DNA from: Negaprion brevirostris
Lineage: Eukaryota
NCBI GenBank assembly: GCA_030324005.1
Contig: JARDVH010000110.1
Coordinates: 26,697,026 to 26,760,380, forward strand
Length of the DNA: 63,355 nucleotides
Reading direction: 5' to 3'
Shown here: in pieces, positions 24,526 to 38,165 of the stretch
Position numbering within the stretch: position 1 is the stretch's first letter
Layout: every line of letters starts with the position of its first letter
Translations under genes and position numbers: made by a program
Notes under the pieces: generated by a model
Seen by the model: the letters and a program-made list of their open reading frames with translations, nothing else
Database searches by the model: none
Told to the model about the DNA's origin: nothing

Positions 24526-26287
24526 AGGACAGAAGTTTATGAGATTGATTTTATGTGTCCAGCTAGCGTGAAAATAGGAGAATTTCTGAACCATATTTTT
24601 GTGTGAGTTTTCACACCCAATCTTATGCACTTAGTCACTGAAATGGTGGTCTAGATCGTTTCTGGCTGTTGTAGGCCAGCCAGTAGAAAAAACTACTACT
24701 TCTTTGATCTTTGATCTGACCTCTGATTCTGCATATGCTCAATAACAACTGCAGGGGTCTGACAGACATAAAGAGCTGTCAGGCCTCTGCTGATGCAGGC
24801 AGTCTCAACTGGCTCCCCCCACCCCTGCCATCACCGGGCCCATGGCCACGTGCAAGCTCCAGAATGCATGGGCCTCNNNNNNNNNNNNNNNNNNNNNNNN
24901 NNNNNNNNNNNNNNNNNNNNNNNNNNNNNNNNNNNNNNNNNNNNNNNNNNNNNNNNNNNNNNNNNNNNNNNNNNNNAATCACAGGGCCCATGGCCAATTG
25001 CAAGCTCCAGAATGCATGGGCATCTAGTGCCCGTCATCCAGACAGATCACGCCCCCCCACCCCGCCACTAATCATGATACAGAGCAGCAGCAGCCCTCCT
25101 CCATGATCAGACTATGCAGCAGCCTTCCCATGCTAATCAATTGCAGGCAGAGTGCACTGTGGGTCCCACGCCCATATGTTATACCCACTCCAGGCCTCCC
25201 TATAGGCCCCATCTCCAAAACCCCTTCAGGCTATACCTCCATAGGCTTTGCCCCTATACCCCTTTGAGGCCCTGCCCCCATAGGTCCTGGTACTGACAGT
25301 GGGCAGTGCCAAGGTGCCAGGCTGGCACTGCTAGACCGGCTCTGCCCAAGAGGCACACCTTGCCTTTGGCCTCCCTTGGTGGCCTAAATGGTATATTTGG
25401 GGACAATATGGGGAATTAAACCCTAACAAAGGTCTGGCCGAGAGTGAATAAAATAGGAGATGAGAATAAAGTAAATATTTTCTAAACCATAATGGGGCCA
25501 TGTGCTTTGCCTACAGAGAGAACTAATTTCCAGGATACAAGAATACTTTTGCTGAATTTTCACTGGACTCAACCTGCAAAGGAGTTCCTTGGACCCACAC
25601 CAGGAATTTTGTGAAAGAACTGCCATTGGATATGGACTTCCTGGACTCTGGGCTCACATGAAACCATAATTTTAATTTTTATTGTGGTCTTCACCCTGAA
25701 CCCTTGCCTTTCCCTTATCCTTCTGTTATTGTATGAATACAAAAGGGGTGGACATTGTGAAACACCTTTTCACATTTTGTTTGTGTAGAATAAACTACCC
25801 TCTTAATGTAGCTTATCTAATTACTATGGAATTATTAATAGAAGATTGGATTATTCCAGAACTGAAGGCTTGGGGAAAATAATCATAAGGTAGGAAATTA
25901 AAAATCAAAATATCCTTTTGTTTAGGGCATGGTAGTGAGAGGAGAAATCAGGGCTGTTTAAATTAATCCCCTTCCTGTCTATCACATACAATATAGTTCT
26001 TTAATATTAATGCTGATCATAAAATCAATTATAGCAGAACTGTTGATCGTGCAGTCAAAAGAAGATACAAATTTAGAGTTTCTGCTTCCAGTAAAGAACC
26101 TTTCTTTACTGTGCAGATTGGTAGATTGAGCCTGAAGGTTAGCTGAGATTAACTGATGTTGCTTAACTCTGGTCTTAGAATGAATGACAAAACTTTAGTC
26201 TCTAAAGGAGTGAAGCAAGCAATGCACACTTTGTGACAAACATAATTTACTATTTGTTGAATGTTTGAATTTATTTCCTCCAGTGTC

Positions 26288-26568
26288 CCTCCAGGGTGGC
26301 ACAGTGGTTAGTACTGCCACCTCATAGCGCCAGGAGCCCAGGTTCGATTCCCGGCTTGTGTCATTGTCTGTGTGGAATTTGCATGTTCTCCCCATTCTGA
26401 GTGGTTTCCTCTGCGTGCTGCAGTTTCCTCCCACATTCTGAAAGATACGCTGGTTAGGTACATGGACCTGAACAGGATGGTGGCAACCAGGGGAATTTCA
26501 CAGTAACTTCATTACAGTGTCAATGTAAGCCTTACCTGTGACTAATAAATGAACTTTACTTTACTTTA
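26288..26568 (+). mobile_element. HE1/V-type SINE, tail B
   Basis: GTGGCACAGTGGTTAGTACTG, GGTTCGATTCCC B box, tail B ending in (CTTTA)n. Confidence 0.88.
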
Positions 26569-26644
26569 CAAAAATGCACCTCCTTTTGAAAGGTAGAGGT
26601 GTTGCAAAGTATGCAAAAGTGAGTTAACAAATTCCATAAAGTAA

Positions 26645-26912
26645 AAGTTCATTAGTTACAAGTTGGCTTACATTAACACTGCAATGAAGCTACTTTGAAA
26701 ATTCCCTAATCGCCACACTTGGACGCCTGCTTGGGTACACTGGGGAAGAATTTAGCATGGTCAATGCACCTAACCTGCACATCTTTGTACTTGGAGGAAA
26801 CCCACGCAGACACAGGGAGAACGTGCAGAGTCTGCACAGAGGGACCCAAGCCAGGAATTGAACCCGGGTCCCTGGTGCTGTGAGGCAGCAGTGCTAATCG
26901 CTGTGCCACCCA
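26645..26912 (-). mobile_element. HE1/V-type SINE, tail B
   Basis: Reverse-complement copy lying tail-to-tail with the previous SINE. Confidence 0.88.
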
Positions 26913-27614
26913 CATTAACATTTCATTAAGGCTGCAACAGTACATAATTCATAAAAATAAACGTCATCCAAATCTTTGTACCAAAGTATTTTTTTAAAAT
27001 GTTATTTCCAGGCTTAAGCCATGAGGTATTGAATTTGATCTCGAACCATTGTAGTGACTGTACAACAGGTAATTGCCAGGAGAAAATAGGAGTTTAAAGG
27101 GCTTGTATTGTCCTTAAACTATACATTGCAGCTCAGCGGCATTACCCGTCAATGGTCTTTACAGCTATTATTATGGTTGACAGCTTCAGGCACCCAGCCA
27201 GCAGTTTCAAATGCTGCAGACGATATGCCACAAATATTAAGCAGACACTGTGCAATTTATTTGTCAGCATCTCCATCTAAACACCCAGTTGTCAGTTGAA
27301 AATAGTGTGATACATATGGAATGATCCACTCCCCGTAAAATAAATGTGGACAGACAAAGCTACCTTGAAGCACAGATTGTTCCAATGATTTGACTTGATA
27401 ACAAGTAAACATTAGTGAGCTATTCCTTTGTGCCTGTAAATAATTTATTTAAAATATATTGCTATATGGCCACATCTTGCATAATGCTCAAGATATCACA
27501 ATAACACAATAAAACAAAAAATACACATTTTGATATGCACCGGCATTAGAACTAACCTAGAAGAAATGAAAATAGAAGACATTGCTGAAGCAAAAGAGAC
27601 TGGGATATATGGGG

Positions 27615-28428
27615 AAGAAGAAAGAATTTGCATTTTACCACACTTTGTCACATCCTCAGGATTTTACACCGGATGAATTATATTTGCAATGCAGTCACAG
27701 TTGTTTTTTACGCAAAGCTTTTGCCAATTTACAAACAAAGGACCACAGACAGCCAAAGAATGGGAATGAACATTTGGTGGTTTCATAGTGTGCGGGCTAT
27801 TTGTTGAGATAATATTTATGCTCTGGTGGCAAGTTAAAAATTTACCCCAGTCTGTATGTTGGCGATACTGGCTGAGAAAGAAATAGGTTGGCACACTTAT
27901 CAGGAGAAAGCTTTGTTCTGCAATATTGTGCTACAGGATCTTTTACACCCATCAGAACAGCCAGGCAGGCCCCTGCTTTCACATTTCAGCCAAATGGCAG
28001 TGCCTCCAACACTGCAGCCACCACTCATTGAAATATTAGCTCAGCTCCATGCTCAAATCAATAGTGAAGATTTAAGCTATACTACTGTTTAATTTATTTA
28101 TCACTGTCACAAGTCAGCTTACACTAACACTGTGATGGAGTTACTGTGAAAATCCCCGAGTCACCACAGCCCGGCGCCTGTTCGGGTACGCTGAGGGAGA
28201 ATTTAGCATGGCCGATGCACCTAACCAGCGCATCTTTCAGACTGTGGGAGGAAACTGGAGCAAACCAATGCAGATACAGGGAGAACGTGCAGACTCCACA
28301 CAAACAATGACCCAAACCGGGAGTCAAACCCAAGTCCCTAGCACTGTAAGGCAGCAGTGCTCACCACTGTGCCGCCATCCCACCCTGTGACTAAGAGATG
28401 ACAGCACTACCAACTGAGTTAAGCTGAA
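27615..28428 (-). mobile_element. DeuSINE (SacSINE1-like), old, interrupted by an HE1-type SINE
   Basis: AAAGAATTTGCATT tail, GCCAATTT, GGATCTTTTACA.CCA and GGCAGTGCCTCCAACACTGCAGC blocks; the tRNA-like head resumes at 28387-28428. Confidence 0.6.
28092..28385 (-). mobile_element. HE1/V-type SINE, tail B
   Basis: Full reverse-complement copy nested in the DeuSINE. Confidence 0.88.
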
Positions 28429-29496
28429 GGTAAAAACAAACTTTGAGTGAAAGCTTGCACAGGGAAAGACAACCTGTTAATGTGAATTGAAGGAAGGGCA
28501 ATCAGCATCATAGTCAGAAAGGAAACAATATTTTAGGATTGTCAAGAGATTGTCAGATTTTTTGAAATCAGATTAGTGAGCGACAGTCTGCAGCGTAAAA
28601 GAAATTAAACATCTTCATTTAATTNNNNNNNNNNNNNNNNNNNNNNATCCATTCCATACCAGTGTCAACTGCTGAGCAGCCGGCATCAAATTACTTTCAC
28701 TTCCATAAATGTTGAAAGCTAGACCGAAGAATAAATGCAGAATATTGATACACCTAACTAAAATCATCCTGTTTTACATAATAATTTGAGATAAGAAACT
28801 TGGTCTGGGTAAGTGAATGAAGTGTTACATCAAGCACATTGATCCTGAACTGAAATTCAGTGCAAATGCTTAAAATATCTTTGTGCATTCATTATAGAAT
28901 TGCTAACACATTTGCATGGTTCAGACACTTGCATCTCCTGCCGCTCTGCTGCTCACTGCTGAGAAAATTGTTATTGGAAGTGGAAACAAGGTTTAGCACC
29001 AATTGAAGGAATTATTTTTTTATACTGCCAAGCACACGTCACGTGATCTTATACAACATAGTCATCTTAACAGCAAGGACTAATATAAATCACTTGATGC
29101 AGACACCAACCTGACCCCCAATGAAATTGACAGCCGGGTCATGAGGAAGGAGAACAAACAGGATGATCCCCAGCAGTGATTACTAATGGGAGCTCTGGGC
29201 CACCATTAAGTTGTGGCATGGCAGCAGGTCTATGGTGTTGGAGATCTAATGGAGAAAAGGCAAAAGGGTCTGATCCAGGGTGGAGAAAGGGAATGGTGGG
29301 GGAGGAGGCACAGATATAACAAGCCGGTTGTTAGGACTCTCATTTTCTCCTGTGGACTGGTTGTGAGGCAGCTCACAGCTTAGAAACAAAAGCTCTCACA
29401 GTTGATTTTAAGTTGTAGTGTTGATGATGTTATCAGGTCTTGACTTTGGAATGTTATTACTCATCAGTTTGAGTTCTGTTGAGTCTACTGAGCTCC

Positions 29497-30245
29497 AGTC
29501 TTGGCCTAAACATGGACAAAAGAGCTGAATTGTAGAGGCGAGGTGGGAATAGCTTCCCTTGACATTAAGGCAGCATTTGATGGAGCCATTGGCTGGAATT
29601 TTACTGCCCTGCCCACCACAGGAATCGGAGCGGAGGAGGAGCGGACAATGGGAAGGTCGATTGACCTCGGATGGGATTTTATGGTTTTTGGGGCGAGCGA
29701 GGATACAAAATCCTACTCATGGTGTTATATCTTCTCATTCCCCAAGGTTAGAAAAAAATCACTTTATTAGGTTCAAAATGCTGGAGTTGCATTGACTGTA
29801 TTTCTTGCAGTCCTCCTTGTGGCCTGATACACTGTTGCTCTGCATGTGACTGCAGTACATGTGGCACCCAGGATGTACATTCTTACATGAATCAGTTTCT
29901 ACTTCCTTATAAATAAATAACAATACAATACCTAGTAAATTTTGTCAGTGGGAATCAGGGGAAAAAGCTTTCTGCTTTGGCGACAAGCCAAATCTTTGTG
30001 CACTTCAGCAGGATGGGAAAATCCTGCTGGTGTGAACAGTCGGAAAATTCCGGCTATATATTCATGCCACACAAGTGCCAGACAACTGCCACCCACACCA
30101 AGGGAGTATCAAGTCATAACTCTCCTTGACATTCAAATTCATTATCATTACTGAATCACCCACTGTCAACACCCTTAGGTCACCGTTAACCAGGAACTGA
30201 ACGGAACCAGCTACATAAATGCTGTAACAACAAAAGCAGATCTTG
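29497..30245 (+). mobile_element. Fragmented L2/CR1-group LINE RT remnants
   Basis: TWTKELN..GEV...LDIKAAFD, GIRGK, FMPHKCQT and ITESPTVN motifs, matching the minus-strand copy at 56315-57900. Confidence 0.6.
29591..29718 (+). mobile_element. MITE copy inserted in the LINE fragment
   Basis: GGCTGGAATTTT..GGACAATGGGAAGGTCGATTGACCTCGG..AAAATCCTACTC, similar in size and interior to 13331-13456. Confidence 0.65.
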
Positions 30246-31629
30246 CAGTGACTATGTCACCTCATGATTAATCCTGACCAATAATACCTTGAGGTGGAGA
30301 CAGAGGCAGGTCTTGCCAAAGTGGCTGGCCTTGAAATATCAGCCCAGTTTGTAAAATGAGTGTGGGAACCCTTAACTTCACCTCTCTACCCATCTCATTC
30401 TCCCTCACCTGCCTCACAACCTGTACCCCCCATTTCCTTATCCTTTCATAACTTCTTATTCCCTCTTACTCTCATATCGCAATACCTCCCTCACCTTTCC
30501 TCACGCCACATATTCCCATTTGCCACCTTTGACCGTCCATACACACTTCACACCTCATTCCCCAACCCACCTCATCTCATATTTCCATATGCCCTTCTAC
30601 AATACCCGCTTACCCACCTTGCCCACCCATGTTCCCTTATCCGCTCACCCAACATTGACTATAAATAGAACTCACAAGCTCTATAATAACATTGGAAGAT
30701 GTTTGAGAGTCATATATCTGTCAAACAAAACAAACAGTATTTGGAAATTCGCCTAAAGAAACAAAACCTTTTTAATATCTCATAAATCTGCCAAAATAAC
30801 CATACAGGCAGAGTTGTGACAACAACTGCTGCTGAGCAGAATTCATTAGTGGGTTTGGAACTCAGTCAAGCATTCGTAATNNNNNNNNNNNNNNNNNNNN
30901 NNNNNNNNNNNNNNNNNNNNNNNNNNNNNNNNNNNNNNNNNNNNNNNNNNNNNNNNNNNNNNNNNNNNNNNNNNNNNNNNAGATATCATTAAAAATCTTT
31001 GTCAACAAAAACCTCCAGTGCTGCATACATTGTAGCCATGGAATATAGATATCTGTCAAACATTTCAAACAGCCTAAAAGATGGCTGAGTTGAACTTCAA
31101 GGAAAATTTGAAAGCAAAGAGACAATTCTCAAAGTCAAATCTGAATTTGTCACATTCAAGCCAATGGATAATGTACCTTAATCTTTTTGAAGACTTTTCC
31201 ATTTACACAATGTTCTTTAATTAATGATCAATTGCCTTGTCAAAACAAAGCATTATTCCAGTATTAAAAACAGCTACACCTATTATGTAGCATTTTAATG
31301 TGTCATGAAAATGGCAATTTATTTTGAACTTACCTACCCAATGGTTCATGACTCAAAACCATGGTTCTGTCATGGGTTACAAATTCTGTGTTGGTGTGAA
31401 TAAGGTTTCCTTATAAAGCTGGCCCTACTTCTTGAAAATTGTGCAATGTCTGAATTACCTACATCTACAATGGAGCCAGCAACTGAGTGACAGCTGGATG
31501 TGGTCTCGCAACCTTTCCAGTGTCTCAAAATTGTAGACAACAGGAATGGAGGCAGGAATCCCATAGTCATGTCCTGCCCACCATTTTTAAAGCCCCATCA
31601 ATGTAATTCATCAAACCCCCATTGGGATG

Positions 31630-31716
31630 GGACTCACCATCACCTTTTGAAGGACAATTTGGGATGGGCAATAAATGCCGGCCATGAAACTGATGTTCAC
31701 ATGCCATGAGAGAATA
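31630..31716 (+). mobile_element. L2/CR1-group LINE 3' terminus
   Basis: CACCATCACCTT..GGGATGGGCAATAAATGCCGGCC..CACATGCCATGA. Confidence 0.7.
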
Positions 31717-32009
31717 TCAAATGTTTGGCCTCTGCCTGCTTTTGTGGGAGCCTTGATAATGGCCCAATTTGCATTTGTTAAATTTGAACAATGAAGTAAC
31801 TGTCTCTTTCTCCCTCTTGTAAATAAGGCCCAATTTTAATACCCGCTGAGCAGAAACTGAGCAGGGGCAGCAGTTAAGATGCTGGGTGGCAGTTAACTTT
31901 ATCAATTTTTGCTTCCTAGGCAAGTTGCAAGACAATCTGGGAAGATGTGGAGCCATGTTTTAAATGTGCAGATTAAGCTGATGATAAAGAAGACCTCAAA
32001 TTGCAATAT

Positions 32010-32198
32010 TAGAATCATAAAATCACAGAATCCTACAATGCAGAAGATACTGAAGCAGTTGACCTATTGAGTCTGCGCTGACCACAATCCCACCCAGGTC
32101 CTATCCCCATAACCCTATGCATTTACCCTAAGTAGAGCTCCTGATGCTAAGGGGGCTAGTTAGAGTAAATGCATATGGTTATGGGGATTATGGCCTGA
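32010..32198. repeat. SINE tail-A fragment followed by its own inverted copy
   Basis: CAGGTCCTATCCCCATAACCCTATGCATTTACCCTAAGTAG pairs imperfectly with CTAGTTAGAGTAAATGCATATGGTTATGGGGATTATGGCCTG. Confidence 0.8.
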
Positions 32199-34189
32199 GC
32201 TAGTTGTCTGAGTGGAGGGGGTGAGGAAGTGATGATTCCTCCATAAGGCAAAAGCCATTCAGTGAAGGATCCAGGTTAGAAGATTCAGGCCCAGCCAAAA
32301 TACTTTAGTGTTTCTTATTGATCAAAAGTAGAAAGTAGTGCTCCTTTGCATTGCAGATGGTAGACTTGGGCATCCATTGAACTGAGCTATAGTTCAATGA
32401 CCTCCCCTTCACACCCCTATCTTTTTGGTTTTTGCATCTTTATACCAACTCCTCCCATGTCTTCCCACCTTCCTTTTAATGTTGGGGCCTATATGTATAT
32501 ATATCTGCTTCTCAGATATTCTGTGTACAATTGCCTCCCTCATCCTTTATCTTCAGTTATTTTGATGTTGCTGCCAGATCATTTGGAATTTGCCAAATCA
32601 CATGTCAACATATCTGTGCTTCTCATCTCTACCTGAATTCCTGCTGTTCTCCATTACTCTGGTACTTCCTCTTTCAATTTTGCTTTCCATGTAAGATTCT
32701 TACACACTCTGTCTGACTAATGCATCTATTTCTCCGACAGTTTCGCTCTCCTTCTGTATATTAACACCTTCTTTCGGCCACCATTTCCTCCTTCAGTATT
32801 CCTGTACGAAATGCACAAATGTTTTTTACTGACTTACTCCATCTGTACCAAATACCAACATCGAATTCAAAAGGTATTGAACAACACAGCAGTTAAGCTG
32901 CATGGGATTGGAGGTGAGCTGCAGGACTTGATTTGTAAAGGCTTGAGACTGCAACTGGGCGGGAAGCAGCGACCGCAGACTACATGGTGAGTGATAAACT
33001 GGGAGCCAGAGTGTGGGGTGGGAGGAAGCAGGTTAGCTTGAGTTAATTAATCCAGGGCCAAAATAAACCCGCTGAAGTTAGGAGGAAGCATGAAAGAAAT
33101 AAAGAGGGTGGAGTGATGGGGAAATGTTACCTAAAGCTGCAGTAAGCAGAGGATTGAACACTCCTGACTGATAATACTTTTGACAAGCATGTGATTGTCA
33201 TGAACCAGTAAAATGGTTGGAAATAGATATTCTTTTAGGATTTATTTTTGATTCTTCTGGAAGCAACCAAACAAAAAAAAAATCCTCCAATGTTTATATT
33301 TCTCCAGGACATGAGTAAATAAGATTTTTACTTGCAGAAAGCACACAACCAAGAAACAAAACTCCAGCAGAAAAATTCCAATACATATTTGAGATGAAAG
33401 CAGTTCAATTTCTCAAAGGGCAGGATGTGCCTTCCTAGTGTCTCCCAATTGACCCAGGTTCAATCAGTGCATAAACAGTCCTGGTGAGAAACTCAAAAAA
33501 ACACGGTTTCCAGCAATTTGAAAAATATTCAGCCACTCAATGAATTGCTCACACATTTCCTGAGATTGCACCACAGCACGCACTTCAGATCCCAATGAAA
33601 GACTCTGCAGCGCAAATTGGAATGGGAAAAAAATGATTCCCTGCCCAATTTCCCAACCCCGTTTACACATTCCGTGCTAGAGAGAACTGGAAAATTGGTC
33701 TCTCAGTGACCAGAGGAAATCTTTTCTTCAAATGCTTTTCTTTCTGCTTCATAGTTACTCAACTGCAAACACAAAGTAGAAGGCATTGTTTACCTGTTAT
33801 AATTAAGTGGCTATTTAACTCTTACCTCGTAGGATTTTTAATGTTAAGTGGCAATATGCCGAGAATCTACATTTAATCCCTAACAATTAAATGCCACTTT
33901 GTTGGCCCCGGGTTGAATTTAATTTAAAGGCATTTGGAGAAAGAGACTGGGAGACAAAGTGAAAAATGGCCACAAAGAAATGCCTGTAATTGCACTGGGT
34001 TCTTGAGGGCTGATTTTTAACATTTGGCTCGATGAATAGAAGGGAGTTAGCGGATTGGTTTCTCATTGAACACCATGTTTGACTTTTCTTTCTATTAAAG
34101 TCATTGAAAGGAAAATTAGGTGAGTCAACAGTTGATGTATTACTCCTTGTTTTCCACCATTGCCAGAAATTAAAATCAATCTGTTAAAC

Positions 34190-34440
34190 GTATAGGATGA
34201 CAGAGATATATGATAGAGCAGAGAAGGAGACCATTCAGCTCATTGTACTTTTGCCAGCTCTTGGGCAGAGCTATTCAATTCATTCCACACCCTACTCTTT
34301 CCCCGTAGCTTTGCAATTCTTCCCCCCCTTCAAGTATTTATCCAATTCCTTTTTGAAAGTTATTATCAAATCTACTTCCATCACGCTTTCAGGCAACGCA
34401 TTCCTGATTGCAACAACTCTCTGTATAAAGAGGCTATTTA
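34190..34440 (-). mobile_element. Old CR1 3' fragment
   Basis: FIQRVVAIRNALPESVMEVD..FKKELDKYL followed by a CR1-like 3' UTR. Confidence 0.8.
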
Positions 34441-34769
34441 CTTTTGTCACCAATGATTCCATAAAAGGGCCATCGCTGCTTACCACTCCAAAAATGATCC
34501 TCAAACTTTTATGCCGCTTATATTTTCTGCAACTAGGAGGAGCATGAATGCTGTCCAAAAGTTAAGAACTGCCTGTTTGTCTTCTAACTTCGAATATAAA
34601 CATATACACTGTTTTTTTAGCAGTGGAGTAGTTTCTACTTTGCTGCAATTGTAAAGATATAAGTAGTGGATACACCGTGTCAAATTGATCCACAGAATCT
34701 TAGTAACCTCTAGGTTTAAGACACAAGATACAGATGAAAACAACCAAACAATGCAAACAACCAAAGCCA

Positions 34770-34995
34770 GCATGGTGACACAGTGGTAAGAATGGCATTG
34801 TGGCACAGTGGTAAGCACTGCTGCCTCAAAGTGCCAGGGACCCAGGTTTGATTCCCCGCTTGGGTCACTGTCTGTGTGGAGTTTGTACATTCTCCCTGTG
34901 TGTGCGTGGGTTTCCTCCGGGTGCTCTGGTTTCCTCTCACAGTCCAAAAGATGTGCTCATTAGGTGCATCGTCCATGTTAACTTTGAGTTCCATA
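34770..34995 (+). mobile_element. HE1/V-type SINE, 3'-truncated, with duplicated 5' end
   Basis: GTGACACAGTGGTAAG occurs just before GTGGCACAGTGGTAAGCACTG; conserved core follows. Confidence 0.85.
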
Positions 34996-37377
34996 GGTTA
35001 AAGTAGAGAAAGGTTATCGCTGGTGTTTTGATAATTAAGGAGGAAATAAGCTGAAGTGGAATAAAAATCTTGGCCAGGTTAGGTCTTGACAATGATACCA
35101 TTTTGTTTCCAATTGCTCTTAAATTTAAACACATTCCCCTGTGCATCACCAGATTGAATCTATAGGTTTCATGGCACAATAGCATCAGCAGAGTTTTGGT
35201 TTTAGGAGGAGGCATCATAAATAAGTGAGAGTTTTATTCAGTTTGCTTCCTATAGTGCAAATTCACTGTAACTATGCATTTATACCACAGTTAGCAGCTG
35301 AGACTGGCAGCTGCAGTTTGATTTTCAGCCAGGCGAAAGCCTGTTTATATTGCTTGGCTCATGTTTGGTTGTAACTCNNNNNNNNNNNNNNNNNNNNNNN
35401 NNNNNNNNNNNNNNNNNNNNNNNNNNNNNNNNNNNNNNNNNNNNNNNNNNNNNNNNNNNNNNNNNNNNNNNNNNNNNCTCTTAACACTCTTGCTCAGGAA
35501 AGTTCTGGCCGTATACATGTGTGCTGAAGAGCTCTCTCCCAGGAAGTAACAATGTAGGATGCGTATTTTTTATTGTTAGCCATTTTTGGCTTAATACAAG
35601 TGCACATACGCGGCAAACAACTTTTTGTGGCCGGAAAAATGGGACAGAAGCCATTTCCGTCACTAAATCACTCCCCTGTGGAAATTGTCTGCAGCCCTGG
35701 GATGAGAGAGCTGGCACTCCATCCAGGTGCTCCAACTGACATTTCTGGCATGTCTGCTGCCATAGACTCACAGCAGTGTGCACCTCCTGGTATCAGCTTT
35801 CTTGAGGACAGCTTGTAGGTTAAACTCTGTGAAATTGTGACACGTTCTTCTCTGCCTCTCTGCCATGTCCTTCTTTGGCTGCAGCTGCCAGCTGCTCCCA
35901 TATTAGATATTCTTGAAAAGTGGCAGAAAAGATCCTTGAAATTTGCTGTCAAGCTAGCTGACATTCAAGTAATTGAGTTGAGCATTGTTTCTTACTTGCC
36001 TGTTTGACCAATTTGCTGCCACAGCATTTTGCCAAAACAGTCTATTTGAAGACTGCACTCAGTGCAGCATGTTACATGCATTTTACAGAGGGTTTTTAGC
36101 AACGGCTCCTCCAATGGCTATACGGATGAACTGAACCAGGAAACACTTATAAGTACCTTGCTGGATCTGCATCTGGTGCAAATTCTTTCCACTGAGGCAA
36201 AACTCAATCTAATTGTTGTGTGTAAATCTTGAGTTATAATATTTAGAGATGGGACAATGGAAGAATCCTGCTCTAAGCATTTAACATGAAATAGATTTAA
36301 AAGTGTTCAATTCTGAATCAAGTTTTACAAGTTTTGTGTGATTTGTGCCGACCGGTTTCTGAGTTCCAATCTTCTCAGACCATCTCACTGATGTGAAACA
36401 GGTTGTGGGACGCCAGAAAACTCATCTTAATACATCAGCATGTCATTGGTGAGTGGTCTCTCTGGGAGTCCCCACTTACCAGATATTTAGCGAACCTCAG
36501 AATGGCGCACGTTGGCACAATTTACATAAGGTTAATCTAGATGTTAACCCATTGTGGGTGTCTCCCCAGGTCTGTAAAGGTGAGTATAGCCCTCGGGGGA
36601 GAGGGACATGTTGAGACAAAGCCCCCTGGCACAGGTCTGCACCATGCCAATGCCAACCTGGCTGTACCAACATGTGCCATGGAGCAGGCCCTAGTTGGAC
36701 CCTCATGGGGGAGGAGGGGGGATTCATTCAGATTTGGCTGTGAGCTGGGAGTGGATTGATGAGTAGGTGATGTTGGCAATGGTGCTTGTGTGGTGCTGGG
36801 GAGAGGTGGAGGGAAATGTTGACTCTGATTAGGGGTGGGGCTGGGAGATCCTGAGACTTCCATGGTGGGCTGAGGGGGAGGAGGGAGGTTTATCCCTGTT
36901 ATGATTGAAGTGTCCTTTAAAGATGTCTCAGTGCAGCTGGGTTTTGCCTGTAACTTCATTGTAGTGTTAATGTAAGCCTTATGTGTGACTAATAAACAAA
37001 CATTAGAACAACATTCTGCCACTTCTTTGTAAGACTAACCCCCCCACCAAACCCCCCCAACCCCCCTGAAGCCTAAAGATGCCTTAAAAAGAACTCCTTG
37101 GACTTCTGCCAGAGTTAGACATGACTCCTTGTAAGGTTATTACAAACGTAATTAATTTGGTTAATACAGAAAGATGACATTACAGGAGGGTCCACTCTCA
37201 GCATAGTAGCTGCAGAATTGAACCTGGAATAGATCTCCTTCAAAACATACAACTGAGATTATAGTCAAGAAAGAAACATTTATTATGTGTACCCTGCATA
37301 CATTCTATTTCACTTTGCACAATTGGTGTTTGTGACCAATCTGCAATGGGAGACTTCTCAAGCTGTAATGTAACTCT

Positions 37378-37773
37378 TTTGATTTGATTTATTATTGTCA
37401 CATGTATTAGTGAAAAGTATTGTTTCTTGTGCATTTTATAGACAAAGCACACCGTGCTTAGAGAAGGAAAGAAGAGAGTGGAGAATGAAGTGTTACAGTC
37501 ATTGCTAGGGTGTAGAGAAAGATCAACTTAACGTGAGATAGGTCCATTTGAAAGTTTAATGAAGCTGTTTTTGAGTCAATTAGCATGTGATCTCAAACTT
37601 TTGTACATTTTTCCAAAAGGGAGAAGGTGTCCAGTTTGCGTGGAGTCCTTGATTATGCTGACTGCTTTTCCGAGGCAGCAAGGAGTGTAGACTTCTTGGA
37701 GGCTGGTTAGAGTGATGGCCTAGGCTTGATTCATGACCCTTTGTAGTTTTTTTGTGGTCTTGGATAGAAGCAG
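37378..37773 (-). mobile_element. Rex1/Babar-like LINE 3' end
   Basis: GATTTGATTTATTATTGTCACATGTATTAG terminus; translation includes KKLQRVMN. Runs into a gap. Confidence 0.85.
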
Positions 37774-37873
37774 NNNNNNNNNNNNNNNNNNNNNNNNNNN
37801 NNNNNNNNNNNNNNNNNNNNNNNNNNNNNNNNNNNNNNNNNNNNNNNNNNNNNNNNNNNNNNNNNNNNNNNNN

Positions 37874-38165
37874 ATTTCTATGGGATCCATATAGTGCAGA
37901 ATGAGCCTGCACCAACTACAATTCCACACAGGCTCTATTCCCATAACCCCACATATCAATCCCCAGACACTAGGGTCAATTTAGCATGGCCAATCAACCT
38001 AGCTTGCATATCCTTGGACTGTGGGAAAAAAACGGAGCATCCAAAGGAAATCCAAGCAGACACTGGGAGAATGTGCAAACTCCACACAGTGACCCAAGGC
38101 TGGAATTGAACCTGGGTCCCTGATGCTGCGCGGCAACGGTGCTAACCATTGTGCCACCATGCCGG
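37874..38165 (-). mobile_element. HE1/V-type SINE, tail A
   Basis: Reverse-complement head (GCTAACCATTGTGCCACCATGCC), core and tail. Confidence 0.88.

Noticed and set aside
36089-36232. Protein-like frame RVFSNGSSNGYTDELNQETLISTLLDLHLVQ.. after TTTTACAG
   Set aside because: No recognisable homology and no linked exons; compatible with chance.
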